Assembly (NCBI RefSeq): GCF_035594765.1
Contig: NC_085843.1
Location: forward strand, 207,429,971-207,493,970
DNA length: 64,000 nucleotides
Origin: Anolis carolinensis
Lineage: Eukaryota
Reading direction: 5' to 3'
A program made the translations under genes and the position numbers. Shown here piece by piece: positions 35,837-48,202 of the stretch. Each line of letters begins with the position of its first letter. The first letter of the stretch is position 1. The notes below the pieces were generated by a model. It searched no databases. It worked only from the letters and a program-made list of their open reading frames with translations, and had not been told where the DNA came from.

Positions 35837-36439
35837 TGTAACAGATCTTGCTTACTTTACAGGGTTGGTAAGTGGCCCACCTTGCAGGACTGGTTTGCGG
35901 CCATTTTGTGGGTAGGGCTGATTTTTGCAGCCATTTTGGAATTCAGGCAGTTAGGAGTTAGGGTTTGGAATCCAGTCAGCTAGCAATTGGTTTTTGAAAT
36001 TCAGTCAGTTGGGAACTGTGTTTGAGAAGAAAGCCTCTTTGAGGAATATAGTTAAAGTCTTCAGGAAAGGAAGGGCTGAAAACTATATTGTGAACTCGAT
36101 AGTCTAGTGTTGCTGTTTAAATCCAAGGAGAAGTGGATTTAAAAGTAAATTTTCCTGTTTGTGTTTCCTGGGTGAAGGAACATGTTTACACAGTTATAAG
36201 ACCATCCTTCGAAGAGAAAAGCATATACCTTTAATGAAACCACTAAGCATCTTTACGGTTCAATGTTAATGAAACCATCACATATATTTACTGTTCAAAC
36301 TACAAATAAACAACGATTTCTTGTTTCTCCCCACATAAAGTGTGTTGTGTGTCTCGTTCAATATCCTAACCTAGAAGAGGCTCCTGAATAAAGCTTTGGT
36401 GGCAGCATTGGTAGGGGTAGTGAGTTCGAGTCCTCTACA
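35837..36439 (+). mobile_element. Possible LTR (gypsy/ERV-like) followed by a PBS-like sequence
   Basis: Starts TGTAACA, contains GCCATTTTG twice and AATAAA near the 3' end, ends ..CTACA, followed by TTTTGGTGGCAG. Confidence 0.4.
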
Positions 36440-37990
36440 TTTTGGTGGCAGAAATAAAAACCTCTGCAATTCTAGTAAATTTGAAAAACGCTTTCCGTTC
36501 TATATTGTTGAAATCCCCCAGTCCTCCATACCATCCTGTAAAACAGAGGTTAGCTCTAGGCTTGGATGGGGGAACGGTAGACCTTTGTCAGCTAAGAGGA
36601 AGCCAAATACAGTGCAATTTTATTTCTCTGCCAGCACAAAGAGTTGTATCAGCAAAACAGGCCTTTCAGATAAAAAAAAAACTGTTCCCTGTTTTTATCT
36701 ACATCCATTTTAAAAGTTTCATTCAGGGACACAAGTCTGCTGAGAGCCCCACAGAAATGTTCTAAGGGTCATTTTACCCTTCCACACATGTGTAATTTAT
36801 TTTTAAAATGTTTGTGTAGAACCATTTTGGAGAGAAAAATCAAAGTGGGCAGAAAGCAGTAAGAATTCCTTTGGTCTGTCTCCTGTTCCATCGTTCTGAT
36901 CTTTGTAGACTTTATTTCATATTCTGAAACAAATTCTTCAAATTCTTTTCATAGCATGATACAGAGCATACTAAGCAATTTTTTGTACATTGGCTTAACT
37001 TTTCTTTAATTCTGGGTTTAAACAGACTTATTAAGAGGTCCTCTATATGCAGTTATATATGCATTATCTAACTGTCTATGATCTCATGCTGTGACTGTCA
37101 TTTGTGGCATCTAAGCTCCTTGAGATGGGGAATCCAAAATTAATTGCAAACAAAGCCAACCAGGTAGTTTCTTCCCTCCTCCTGCTCTCTATATTACTTA
37201 AGCATATTATTTTTGCCACTGAGAACTGTAGCAGTGAATAACGCTCACTTGTGATGAACAATCCTTTTTTTATTAATCCTTATGCACTTTTTATGGAAAG
37301 CTGGAGACATATCTTTAATCTAGCGACCCTGCAGTATGTTTGTCTATTGTTAACTGCAGTCTTAAGCTGTAGCCCTGTATACACTTTACCAAGCATTAAT
37401 CCTACTGGAGCCAATAGGTTTCATGTCCAAATACAGGACTGCTGTTTTAAGACTTGTTCTTTTCCAGTTTCCATTTTTGAAGCTCAAATCTTTCACATTA
37501 TTTGGATGACTGACGGTGCAATCCATGATCATTGGGATATTCTCTCAAACCAGAAAGAGATCAAAATTGCAAACCACTAATTTATCTAAATCTAGAATTA
37601 ACTTCTAGAGTGCTTTAATTTTGGACACTTTCCATATATGAACAAAACACCATCTGTAATAATCAATTCCTCTAGAAATGCAAGAGTTCTAGTAGGAATA
37701 ATATAACTCTGAATACAAGTTCATAAAAATTATCCTCTTTTATGTAATAGGCTGCAGATGAAATCTTGATCAGCCACAACCTATTGTTGGTTTTCCATTA
37801 AAGGGAGGATTTAAATTAATGAAGTTACAGCAGATAAGAGTAATGACTTGCTAATATAAGAAGAAAATAGTGCTTTCTATGTGATGAACAAATCAGTGGT
37901 AATAAACGGGATATATATTGCAAATAATGGCTTAATTAATTTGATGTTTTCCTGAAATTATCCAGTTAAAGGCTGAATAGCATTTTATTA

Positions 37991-38533
37991 AACGGTTTGG
38001 GACCCACCTACCTTAGAGACCGCATCTCCCCCTATGAACCTGCACGATCTCTTCGCTCTTCGGGGGAGGCCCTCCTCTCGCTCCCACCACCTTCGCAGTT
38101 GCGGCTGGTGGGGACGAGAGAGAGGGCCTTCTCCGCTGTGGCCCCCCGCCTCTGGAACTCACTCCCGAGGGAGATTAGACAGGCCCCCACCCTCCTTGCC
38201 TTTCGAAAAAGCCTTAAAACCTGGCTTTTCCAGAGGGCCTTCGACTACTAATTTTTGGGGGTTGATTTGTCTGCCCATTTAATTTAATTAGAGAGTGTTC
38301 TGCCATGATTATTGATACCTTGCTGAGTACTTATGCCACGAAGCTACAGAAGCCCTCTATTTCGGCTTAGAACTGTTTTATCTCCTTGTTTTTAACATGT
38401 GATGTATGTATTGATTGTATGACTGCTTTTCATGTTTGATTTTACAATGTGTAATTTGTCACTGTTTTTATTATTGTTGTGAGCCGCCCCGAGTCCCCTC
38501 GGGGAGATGGGGCGGGATATAAGAATAAATTTA

Positions 38534-38586
<53 letters not shown>
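37991..38586 (+). mobile_element. L2-clade LINE 3' end with (ATT)n tail
   Basis: ORF GPTYLRDRISPYEPARSLRSSGEALL..RAFSAVAPRLWNSLPREIRQAPTLLAFRKSLKTWLF; terminal GAGCCGCCCCGAGTCCCCTCGGGGAGATGGGGCGGG. Confidence 0.9.
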
Positions 38587-38588
<2 letters not shown>

Positions 38589-38716
38589 ATTATTTTTATG
38601 GTAATAGTTGTCTTACCAAAGTCAGAATGGTGTACTGGCTTGATTGTGTTGCACAGTTTAGATTGCAACTCTGAGAGACCAAGTTTCAAATTCTCATTCA
38701 GCTTTGGAAATCCCCG

Positions 38717-38992
38717 TTTTTTTTAATTGTGTCAGAAGTGACTTGAGAACATATTGCAAGTCACTTCTGGTTTGAGAGAATTGGCTGTCTATAGAGATGT
38801 TGCCCAGGGAATACCTGGATGTGTTACCATCCTTCGGGGAGGTTACTCTCATGTCCCCGTAAGCTAGAGCTGACAGACAGGAGCTCACTCCATGTCACAA
38901 ATTCAAACTGGCAACCTTCAGGTCAGCAATTCAACCTTCAGGTCAGCAGTCAAGCCGGCACAAGGGTTTAACCCATTGCGCCACCACGGCTC
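38717..38992 (-). mobile_element. AnolisSINE2-type SINE, near full length
   Basis: Head GAGCCGTGGTGGCGCAATGGGTTAAACCCTTGTGCCGG on the minus strand; 3' end CAGAAGTGACTTG..GACAC plus A-rich tail. Confidence 0.85.
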
Positions 38993-39299
38993 TTGGTACC
39001 TTTGAGTAACTTATTTAAACCTCCTTTTAATAAATCTTGCCCAAAAATAGCCTTGATGATAGGTCTCCATATGTCTGAATTAACATGAAAGCACAAATAA
39101 CACCATTTACTTTACACCATCTAACTTGCATTACGAAAACAGAGTTGCATAAAAGCCCTTTTGTGATGAAATTGTTTACATTGCTAGTGGTAGCTAATTT
39201 GTTTCTAAGCCATGTATTACAGTATGAATTAAAACAGCAATTTGTGTTCTTCCTTCTTGTCCCATCTCTGCTGTGTCACATTTTAAAGAATTAGCTCTA

Positions 39300-39702
39300 C
39301 ACTAAAATTATGTAACAAAATTTGAAAACTTTTCGGTTCCTAGTTTGAAAGTATTATTTCCTGTTTAATTGTGCAATACTTACTTTGAAAGTAATTGTTA
39401 TATTGCAATAACTTTGTTTTTGTGGCTGCCACAAACTATGTTGAATTGGTTGAGACTCGGTGAGATGTTTATTGAAAAACCATAGCAAAATGTGCTGCAG
39501 GATATCCCTACAAAACAAAGTGTTTGCATTTTAATAAACTTTTTATTTACCATATTTATTTACCATATTTTTACTCTGCCCATCTCACCCCAAAGGGGAT
39601 TCTGAGCAGCCTTATAAGTAGGCAACAATTTGATGATTTTATGATAGAACCAATTAGGAAATGGCATTTATAACCCAGGAACAAAAGTTGTGTTATATAG
39701 TG
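39300..39702 (-). mobile_element. Chapaev3/CMC-type MITE carrying a short L2-type tail insertion (~39541-39632)
   Basis: Reverse complement of 15791-16102; ends TGTTATATAGTG|taa. Confidence 0.78.
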
Positions 39703-39741
39703 TAATATAACATCTGCATAATCATAGCATATATCTTTCAG

Positions 39742-39921
39742 GATGCAAGGCATGCTGCGGAAGGAGAGATTTATACCAAACTTAACCAAAAGATTGATGA
39801 ATTCATCCAGCTTGCTGATTATGACTGGACCATGGTTGAGCCAGATGGGAGAGCCAGCGGCTATTTAATGGATCTCATTAATTTCTTAAGAAGCACCTTT
39901 CAGGTTTTTACTCACTTGCCT
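39742..39921 (+). CDS. EXOC6: EXOC6 exon 18 (180 nt)
   Basis: ctttcag|GAT GCA ... TTG CCT|gtaagt; DARHAAEGEIYTKLNQKIDEFIQLADYDWTMVEPDGRASGYLMDLINFLRSTFQVFTHLP. Confidence 0.97.
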
Positions 39922-40104
39922 GTAAGTATAAAAAGAACAGGCAATCTCTGTCTTGTGTATGTAATTTAAAGATGCTTTGACACCTGTGATGGAAAAAAAC
40001 AGCAACCCTTGATCTGTATGAGATGCTCCAGTGGTCTTGTGTGAAGAAGATGCTGCATTCAAACCATGGTTAAATATTATAGTTTGAAATTGACGTTTTT
40101 CAGT

Positions 40105-40386
40105 AAATCACGCCTTTCCCTTCTTCTCCTTCACGCCGCACACACCTTCCTCGGCGCCCGAGGAGGGAGCCACCACCGCCGAGGTAGGCGTGTGTGGTGT
40201 GAAGAAGGAGGGAAAGGTACTCGCCTTTCCCTCCTCCTCCTTTGCGCCGCACGCACCTTCCTCGACAGTGGCAGCAGCTCCCTCCTCCTAGGTTTTACTT
40301 TCTGGGGATGTCTTATATTTGACAATTCACCAAAACCTCTACTAAGTCTTATTTTCAAGGGATGTCTTATTTTTGGGGAAACACTG
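40105..40386. mobile_element. Tc1/mariner-type MITE remnant (CCGTGTTTCCCCGAAAATAAGAC-type end)
   Basis: Ends GATGTCTTATTTTTGGGGAAACACTG|TA; GC-rich internal duplication; a related end occurs at 35151-35215. Confidence 0.55.
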
Positions 40387-41686
40387 TAGGATTGACACAT
40401 CTTGCCTAATTTGTACAATATAGGAACCTACAATTCAAGTGGAATTAAATACTTTCCAGTGTCTCGTGGTTGCACAAAAGGGGAAGAAAGTTGTACGCCT
40501 GGGCTTACTGGAGCTTGCTTTCCTAATGTTAAACCGTGGTGTATCATTTCATCTGGTTAGGGGTAAAGTGTGAACACACTCTTCTGTCTACTTAATATCT
40601 TTATTTTGTCAATATTGATAACAATTTAATTGTACATTTCTTCGTTCTGGTGATAGACAAGATTTTCTTGAATCCGAGATTTAAAGAACAGATGTTATTC
40701 CCTTTTTTAAAATGAACCTTGGTTAAATGTGCCTTGTTACAAGAAAGTATGTTAATTCCATTTTTGGGAAACATGGTATAAAACAATAATCAGGATCATC
40801 TTTTGGGAGATCATTTTTCACTTTGCATTAGAATATACTCAAACTATGATTTGTCCTTGATATTTTTTTAAGCTACCAAATCAAATATTTCCTTGTTTTG
40901 GTTATATTGTAATTGATATTCTTTACGTTTTATTTATTAATTGGTGCCAGTCTTGTTAAGTTATTTATTTACATAAATATAATTGCCCAATTTGCTGGGT
41001 GTTCAGTTACATGTCATTTCTGTCTATAGCAGTGTTTCAAGACAAGAAGTATGTCTTGGTCTGTTATCTATTCCCTCAGGAGCAGCTTGTTTCCATGTCT
41101 TATGTGAGAGTGTTTAGACAGTACTATGTTGAAAGACTGAAAGGAGGGAAATATTTGTGATTTATTCTAGTTACATAAGTCTATGCTATTGTGCTCTGGC
41201 ACAAGGCATATTTGACAGATTTATGCTTTTTCTCATCTGGTAACAACTGTAGGCTCCAAACACTAGATTTGATATAACATCCAATTGTGTTGTCTAAGAC
41301 CATGTCTATACTAAGAGTCTGTACCTTGTTTGAAATGTACACTGATATGTATTTACGATGTATGTCTAAGGAATCACTTTTGTGTATCACTCTATATTCA
41401 CAATAAAAGAGTAGTCAATATTTGTGCATTTAAGTAAATTTGCCAAAGATCTAATTTGCCAAATAGTCACTGTTGAATGTTTTTATGTTGAATGTTTTTA
41501 TATTGTGGAATGATATTTTAAATTGTAAGTTGCTCGGAGCACTCTGGTGGAGAGCGACTAATTAAGAAATAAATTAAATTAAATAAGAAATAAATTAAAT
41601 AAATTAAGAAATAAAGTGAAGTGAAAGTGAAGAAGTGAATATGCGTTATGCCAAGTGTTAACTGAATACATTGTCCAAGAGAGTGA

Positions 41687-41788
41687 GTCCCCCTTCTACA
41701 CTGCCATATAAAATCTAGATTATTTGATTTGAACTGGATTATATGGCAGTGTAAATAATCTGGATTATATGGTTGTCTAGAACGAGCC
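41687..41788. mobile_element. PIF/Harbinger-type MITE
   Basis: tga|GTCCCCCTTCTACACTGCCATATAA ... TAGAACGAGCC|tga. Confidence 0.65.
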
Positions 41789-42587
41789 TGAGTGACAAAG
41801 GCGCCAGAGTTGGAATAGAGCTGAAATTGAGGTTGGGCTCAATGTACCTAATTATTTAAGGGAGTATGTTATCTAAGTTGTTGTTACTTCATGATTTAAA
41901 GTATTTCATCTCTACTTTTGGTAAATTTAGGAAATACTTTGAAAAATAAAATTATTGAATATACTCAGTCGGTAAAATGGATAAATTTCTTGGGTTTGAG
42001 ATGTCATGTATAGTTCGTGGAAAAGATTGTTTGAATTCTCTCCTTAAATGTATCTCTAGTCTTTTTGTTTTGTTATCTGGGGGAAAAGTTTGGTCCTTGT
42101 GGCTGGTTTTCCACCTAGAGTTTTACCTATGGGAAGGAGAAGATTTGTATTGGATGGTAGATTTCTACAAATCCATTGGTAGATTTTGTCTGGCTCTTCA
42201 AGTACAGCCACTTTGAGTTTCCTTGTGGAGTGAAAAAGCGGCTATAAATAATGATAATACAGTAGAATGAAGTGACAGAATGGCCTGTGTGTCACTTCTG
42301 TTCTGGAGTGGGCAGTCTTTGCCATTTCTTTTGTGTCTTTCACTAGAATCCCACAATTCACTAGATGGAGGAAGATGGATACAGAATTGTGGAACATGGT
42401 CTCTCGAAGGAAAGGCCCAGGAATTTGTTTTCAGGATCAGAATATGGTGATCCCTTCAAATTTAAATCTACACTAGGTTCCCTTAGTGTAGATAATGAGG
42501 CAATTACTAGAGGGCATTGTGTAGCTAGAAAGTCTGACTCGGGATGACAAATGGAAGAGGACTAGAACGTCAACAGTGAGACGCTAG

Positions 42588-42737
42588 GGTCCCTTCCACA
42601 CTGTTTCTATATTCCAGGATCCAATCCCAGATTATCTTCTTATCCCAGATAATCTGGCAGTGGAGATTCATATAATCCAATTTAAAGCAGATAATCTGGG
42701 ATCAAATCCTGGGATATAGGACAGTGTAGAAGGGGTC
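42588..42737. mobile_element. PIF/Harbinger-type MITE
   Basis: tag|GGTCCCTTCCACACTG ... CAGTGTAGAAGGGGTC|tag. Confidence 0.78.
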
Positions 42738-42787
42738 TAGGAGTCCCTCTCAGAGGACCAGAGCTTTGCCATGGAGATGTTCTAAGC

Positions 42788-42923
42788 CAGGTCTCCAGAA
42801 TCTGTGGCTCTTCAGGTGTTTGGGACTCCAGTTACCATAAACCTCAATCAGCTTGTCCAGTAGTCAGGAATTCTGGGATCTGAAGTTCAGAACACTTGGG
42901 GCGCCACAGATTGTATAAACCTG
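42788..42923. mobile_element. Short hAT MITE
   Basis: CAGGT..AATCTGTGGC / GCCACAGATT..ACCTG; TSD ttctaagc/ttctaagg. Confidence 0.65.
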
Positions 42924-43143
42924 TTCTAAGGGAAGCCCTCTCAGAGGGACAGGGAAAGATAGAGGCAAGCTGGAAAAGGGAGAAGAGAGTCCTTAAGATG
43001 ACAAACCTTGAGTAATTCTAATTAGAATCTGGTATTCAGAACAATGTATTTTTTTTTTTGCATGGAGACAAGAATTAATCTCTGAGTTAATATCTGCTGA
43101 GAAGTAGAGTACAGAAACCTTTATATGTATATAGGTGCAAATA

Positions 43144-43595
43144 CAGTAGAGTCTCGCTTATCCAACCTTCGCACATCCAACGTTCTGTATTATCCAACGC
43201 AGCCTGCCTTTTAGTAGTCAATGTTTTTGTATTTATTTATTTATTATTTATTTACAGCATTTATATTCCGCCCTTCTCACCCCGAAGGGGACTCAGGGCG
43301 GATCACATTACACATATTCAATGCCTTTTAACATAAGACAAAGACAACAACATAGTAGTCAATATTTTCAATACATTGTGATGTTTTGGCACTAAATTTG
43401 TAAATACGATAATTACTACATAACGTTACCATGTACTAAACTGCTTTTTCTGTCGATTTGATGTAAAACATGATGTTTTGGTGCTTAATTTGTAAAATCA
43501 TAATGTAATTTGACATTTAATCCCTCATTATCCAACATTTTCGCTTATCCAACATTCTGCCGGCCCGTTTATGTTGGATCAGTGAGACTCTACTA
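43144..43595. mobile_element. Tigger-type MITE with inserted L2-type tail (~43231-43354)
   Basis: CAGTAGAGTCTCGCTTATCCAA ... GGATCAGTGAGACTCTACTA; insert (TTTA)n-CCGCCCTTCTCACCCCGAAGGGGACTCAGGGCGG. Confidence 0.82.
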
Positions 43596-43832
43596 TACAG
43601 GTATTCTCCTGATGCTAGGTATTTCAAATAAGGGATACTCGTCCTGATGGAAATCCACTTACCAAGTACAGATGAGTGGGGAAAAGTTCTTTTACTGCTA
43701 AATATATGTAGAAATGTGAATCTTGTCTTACATTGAACCACACCATTGATCCATCTAGCTTTGTATTGCCTTCTGTGACTGCCAGTGACTCTCCAGAGTC
43801 TCAGAGGCCTGTTTGGGATTAACTCTGGCATC

Positions 43833-43879
<47 letters not shown>

Positions 43880-44827
43880 TTATTTTTCTATCCCGCTTCC
43901 ATCTCCCCGAAGGGACTCAAGGCGGCTAACATGGTGCCAAGCCCAAAACAGAAACAGAATGTGACAAATTAAAACTAGTATAAATAACTAAAAAAACAGT
44001 ATCAACACAACAATCAAGTAAAATAAACAAATTAAAACAGAATACAGTATAACACCATAGTAACCAGATAAAAGATAAGGTAATAAAATAGACATCACCA
44101 TTAATGGATAAGATGTGGGCGGTCAAATCAGAAAGTGCATAGTTTCAAGACCATTTCATAAAGTGCCTCGACAAGTGTTGAAGAGTTGCCTGAGATAGTT
44201 TGGAGTAGGATGGCTAGGAAGGAAAATAAAGTGCAAGGAAGCAGTATGTCAATAAGAGGGGTCTGTCATGTCATTGGTTGTTTGAATGCACACTGGAAAA
44301 AACATGTTTTTAGCTATTTAATAAAGGCAGACAGGGTTGGGGCCAGTCTAATCTACCTAGGGAGGGAATTCCAAAGCCAAGGGGCCACCACAGAGAAGGC
44401 CCTCTCCCTTGTTCCAACAAGCCGGGCCTGTGATAGCGGTGGGAGCGAGAGGAGAGCCTCCCCAGGAGATCGAAGAGATTGTGCAGGCTCATAGGGGGAA
44501 AGGCGGTCGCAAAGGTGGACAGGTCCCAAACCGTTCAGGGCTTTGTAGGTGATTACCAGCACCAATTGAGCTCCTTAAACAGGGAGGTTGACCGCTCCCT
44601 GTAAGTTGCTCTGGTTAGCAGTCTGGCTGCTGATCTTTGGACTAGTTGTTGTTTCCAGGCCGTCTTCAAGGGCAGTTCCATGTAGAGTGCATTGCAATAA
44701 TCCATCCTAGAGGTAACTAAGGCATGGACCACCATAGCCAAGTCTGACTTCACGAGATAGGGTCGCAGTTGGTGCACAAGTTTTAATTGTGCAAAGGCTC
44801 TCCTGGCCACCGCCAAGACCTGAGCAT
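43833..44827 (-). mobile_element. L2-clade LINE 3' portion with (TAA)n tail
   Basis: Minus ORFs AVARRAFAQLKLVHQLRPYL..VHALVTSRMDYCNALY and RERAFSVVAPWLWNSLP. Confidence 0.9.
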
Positions 44828-45579
44828 CAATATGTAAGTCTTTAAGTTAAAGTTCTTTCTTAAGCAAGGCCTGGTGTGTGCAGGAAATTTAATGGGTTCA
44901 TTTAAGATCTCTGCAATAAGACTTACAGATTTGGTGGTGATGGGCAACCTTTAGCTCATCTCTAGATAGCCTGAAGTGAGCTAACTAGATATAAAATGGG
45001 ATTTCTCATTCGTTTTGCAATGCAATTTCTACAACAGGGTTGGGAAAAGTGTGGTTCCTCAGATTTTTTACATTGCAAATTTCCAGTATTCTTCACCACT
45101 CTGTATGTGTTTGAGGCGAATTGCAGTCGGAACATCTGGAAAGCCACACTTGTCACATCCCAGTCTTAGAGGCTTCTACTCTGATGCAGAAATAGAAGCT
45201 GAGATTATACATCATGAGACATATATCTGAAATATGAGCTTTGTCATTGTAGCTACCTCTGCCAATGATCTCCTTTATAAATCTACTTCTTCATCCAGGC
45301 AGCATCTCTACTGAAAGGTTTGTGTAGATTGAGGTGTTGGGAAATGATAACTGTAGGCCCCATTGAGACTAGCAGTTCTCATTTCCCAATGTTGTTGATC
45401 TGCAGTCATGACTGGATCCATTTCCCAAACCCATGATGATTTGTATTTAATGTCTAATATTAGAATCTTCCATAAAGCAACTCCACTACCACTACATAGT
45501 ACTTGATGTCCAGCATATGTTTAATACAGTCAAACAAGTCACTTTGAAAATACTGTACAGCTGTGATCTATGAAATGTT

Positions 45580-45955
45580 GGGTTGTTGTGAGTTTTCTGG
45601 GCTGTATGGCCACGTTCCAGAAGCATTCTCTCCTGATGTTTCGCCCACATCTATGGCAGACATCCTCAGAAGTGTGGGATCTGTTGGAAACTAGGAAAGT
45701 TGGTTTTATATATCTGTGGAAAGCCCAGGTTGGGGAAGAGAGCTCTTGTCTGTTTAAGGCAACTGTGAATGTTGCAATCAATCACCTTTATTAACATTTA
45801 GTGACATTGCAGATTCAAAGCCTGTCTGCTTCCTACCCAAAGGAATCCTTTGCTGGGAGGTGTTAGCTGGCCCTGATTGTTTCATGTCTAGAATTCCTCA
45901 GTTTTTAGAGTGTTGTTCTTTATTTACTGTCCTGATTTTAGAGTTTTAAAAAATG
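45580..45955 (-). mobile_element. Penelope pLTR fragment
   Basis: Reverse complement of ~21620-21998; decayed hammerhead core CTGAGGA..GAAACATC on the minus strand. Confidence 0.85.
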
Positions 45956-47300
45956 TTTAGTGATTAACTGTAAATCCCTACACTGTAAAGAACGTCTTCA
46001 GAAATGTGTGCCATTCATGGCAAGTGAAGGAGCTAATTTAGTAGTTTTCTCAGCTACATTCTTCAAACAGCACAGCATGTATAGCTATATTTTCATTTTT
46101 TTCTTGTATGTGGCTTCATATATAAGTACAGAATGTGACCATCATAGTCAAGGCACAACGTAAAGTGTTCTTTTTGCACGCCATATTTGAATGGAGAAGT
46201 CTTTCCATACCATTATCTATCATTTAAAAATGAGGAGGGAAAGGTAATTTTTAGACTTTTGACTTCAGAGAAATATGTCTGAAATAGAGATGAATATAGA
46301 GAAAGAAATGTAAGGTAAATGTCTTTGTTTGGGTTTTTTCCTTCACTGGGATTACATCTGTGCAACTGATTTGGATCGTTTGGTGTTTGTGAGGGTCATA
46401 CGTACTTAATTTGGGGACATTTTTGCTGTTTAGCTATTTTCAGTATGAATTTAATGTGTCCAACTATAACGCATAGTAACGCTATGTTTTGTGGACATTT
46501 TATGGGAAAGACAACTGTCCTTTTGTCTTAAAGCTTTGATGTATAGTTAATGTGTGATGTCACCAGTTCCTTGAATGTGTTTCTGCTTTGTTTTCTTTAA
46601 AAAGTCTATTGTACATTCTTTGCCCATGCCATCACTTGATAACAATGGTATTGGTCCTTTTTAGAAATAAATGTAAGAATTACATTTATTTCTAAAAAGA
46701 ATTACATTTATTGTAAGAAAATGTAAGAAATGCAGTATTTTGCATTTCTACTACAAAGTAAATCATTTTCATATTTTTCTGGTCAGTTTAATGAATGGAT
46801 ATATTCTTTTTTATGTGCTGTTTCTTCCTGTCATTGAACGGTCACAAATTATCCCTTAAGCCATTTCCTTTAGCAATGTGGCTGAGGAACAGATTGATGA
46901 GGATGTGTGAGTGGGGAGCGCTTCTGTGTGCGCACATAGCCACGGGGAGAGGCCTCCTTCTGGCAGTCGCTTCCCTCGCTGCCCCATGGGGGGCTGCTCT
47001 GGAGGGCACCGAGGTCTGCTGCTAGAAGCAGGGAGCTTGAAAGCCCCCATGCATGAGCAGAAGGCCATCTGCAGGGACCAGGGCCCATCCAAAGAGCACA
47101 GAAATTGTCATGCTAATTGAATGTGATCCAAAATCTTTTCAAATCACATTTCCAGATAAATGTTTCCAGATGATCTGCTGGAATATAACAGTTTATGCAG
47201 AGTGTGTTCTGATCTTAACTCTTAATTAGCTCTGTGCTTTGGATTAATTTCTCCATATATCAGAATGTCAGTTTAAGGGTCATGTGTCTTTTTGGATGTA

Positions 47301-47935
47301 CAGAGGAACCTCTACTTCAGAGCATCCCAACTTAAGAATGTTTTGAGTTAAGAGCTCGTGTTCGGCCCAGTTTTGCCTTGATATAAGAGCAGCATTTTGA
47401 GTTAAGAGCTAGCGCCAGAGTGAGTGCTTAGCACAAATGTAAAAGGCTTTAGGGCTTCAAGGGAGCAGCCTCCATGCCTCAATCTCTTCTCCGCTTTGGG
47501 AGATTGCTGTCTGCTTTGCTCCACTTTGAGGAACTTTGGTTTAGTTCATTTTGTGTGGTTTTTATTCCTGATATGTTTGATTTCATGAAGAGGGAGAGGG
47601 AGAGAGGACAGGAGGCTAGAATGAGTACAGTATGAAGAATATGATACTCATGCCTCTTCACTTTGTGCTTCTACCATTTTAAAGTTGATCTTTGTCTCTC
47701 TTTTTTTTCTTGTTCCGTGTGAATGTGCATTTTATACATTATTTGATATTGATATTTATGAAGTACATTTTCTTATTTTAAAGCACATAACAAAAAATAG
47801 GGGGGAGGTTGAGGACCAGAATGGAGGAATTGCATCTCAGTACATTTCAATTGTAAATTAGCTTTGAGATAAGAGCATTTTGAGTTCAGAGCTCGGTCAT
47901 GGAACAAATTAAACTTTTAAGTCAAGGTATCACTA
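47301..47935. mobile_element. Old Tigger-type element
   Basis: TA|CAGAGGAACCTCTACTT ... AAGTCAAGGTATCACTA; repeated TTTTGAGTTAAGAGC subterminal motifs. Confidence 0.55.
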
Positions 47936-48172
47936 CATCTTAAGCAAAAGGATTCGATGACTTTCTAATCTTCCAGTGTGACCAAGACAGATCATAGAAA
48001 CTTCAATCTCAGATCTTATTTTTGAACCTCCAGGGAGTAAGACTTATTTGCAGAGCCTTGCTTATTTTCTTAAGAATCTGCTCCCCCTGACTGCTACCAA
48101 AGTGCAATTTGATGTTGACCGTGCATTTTAATTTTTGTTTTGTTTTGATTGGCTTACTGGTTTCCTTCTCAG

Positions 48173-48202
48173 AATAACAACAATGACCATGCTGCCATGT
48201 CG
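48173..48202 (+). CDS. EXOC6: Predicted alternative 30-nt EXOC6 microexon (NNNNDHAAMS) between exons 18 and 19
   Basis: tttccttctcag|AAT AAC AAC AAT GAC CAT GCT GCC ATG TCG|gtaagt; phase 0/0 like the host intron, no stop codon, repeat-free flanks. Confidence 0.65.

Noticed and set aside
46269-46314. AG..GT-bounded 46-nt segment in intron 18
   Set aside because: It is frameshifting, has an in-frame stop and a weak acceptor; no supporting signal.
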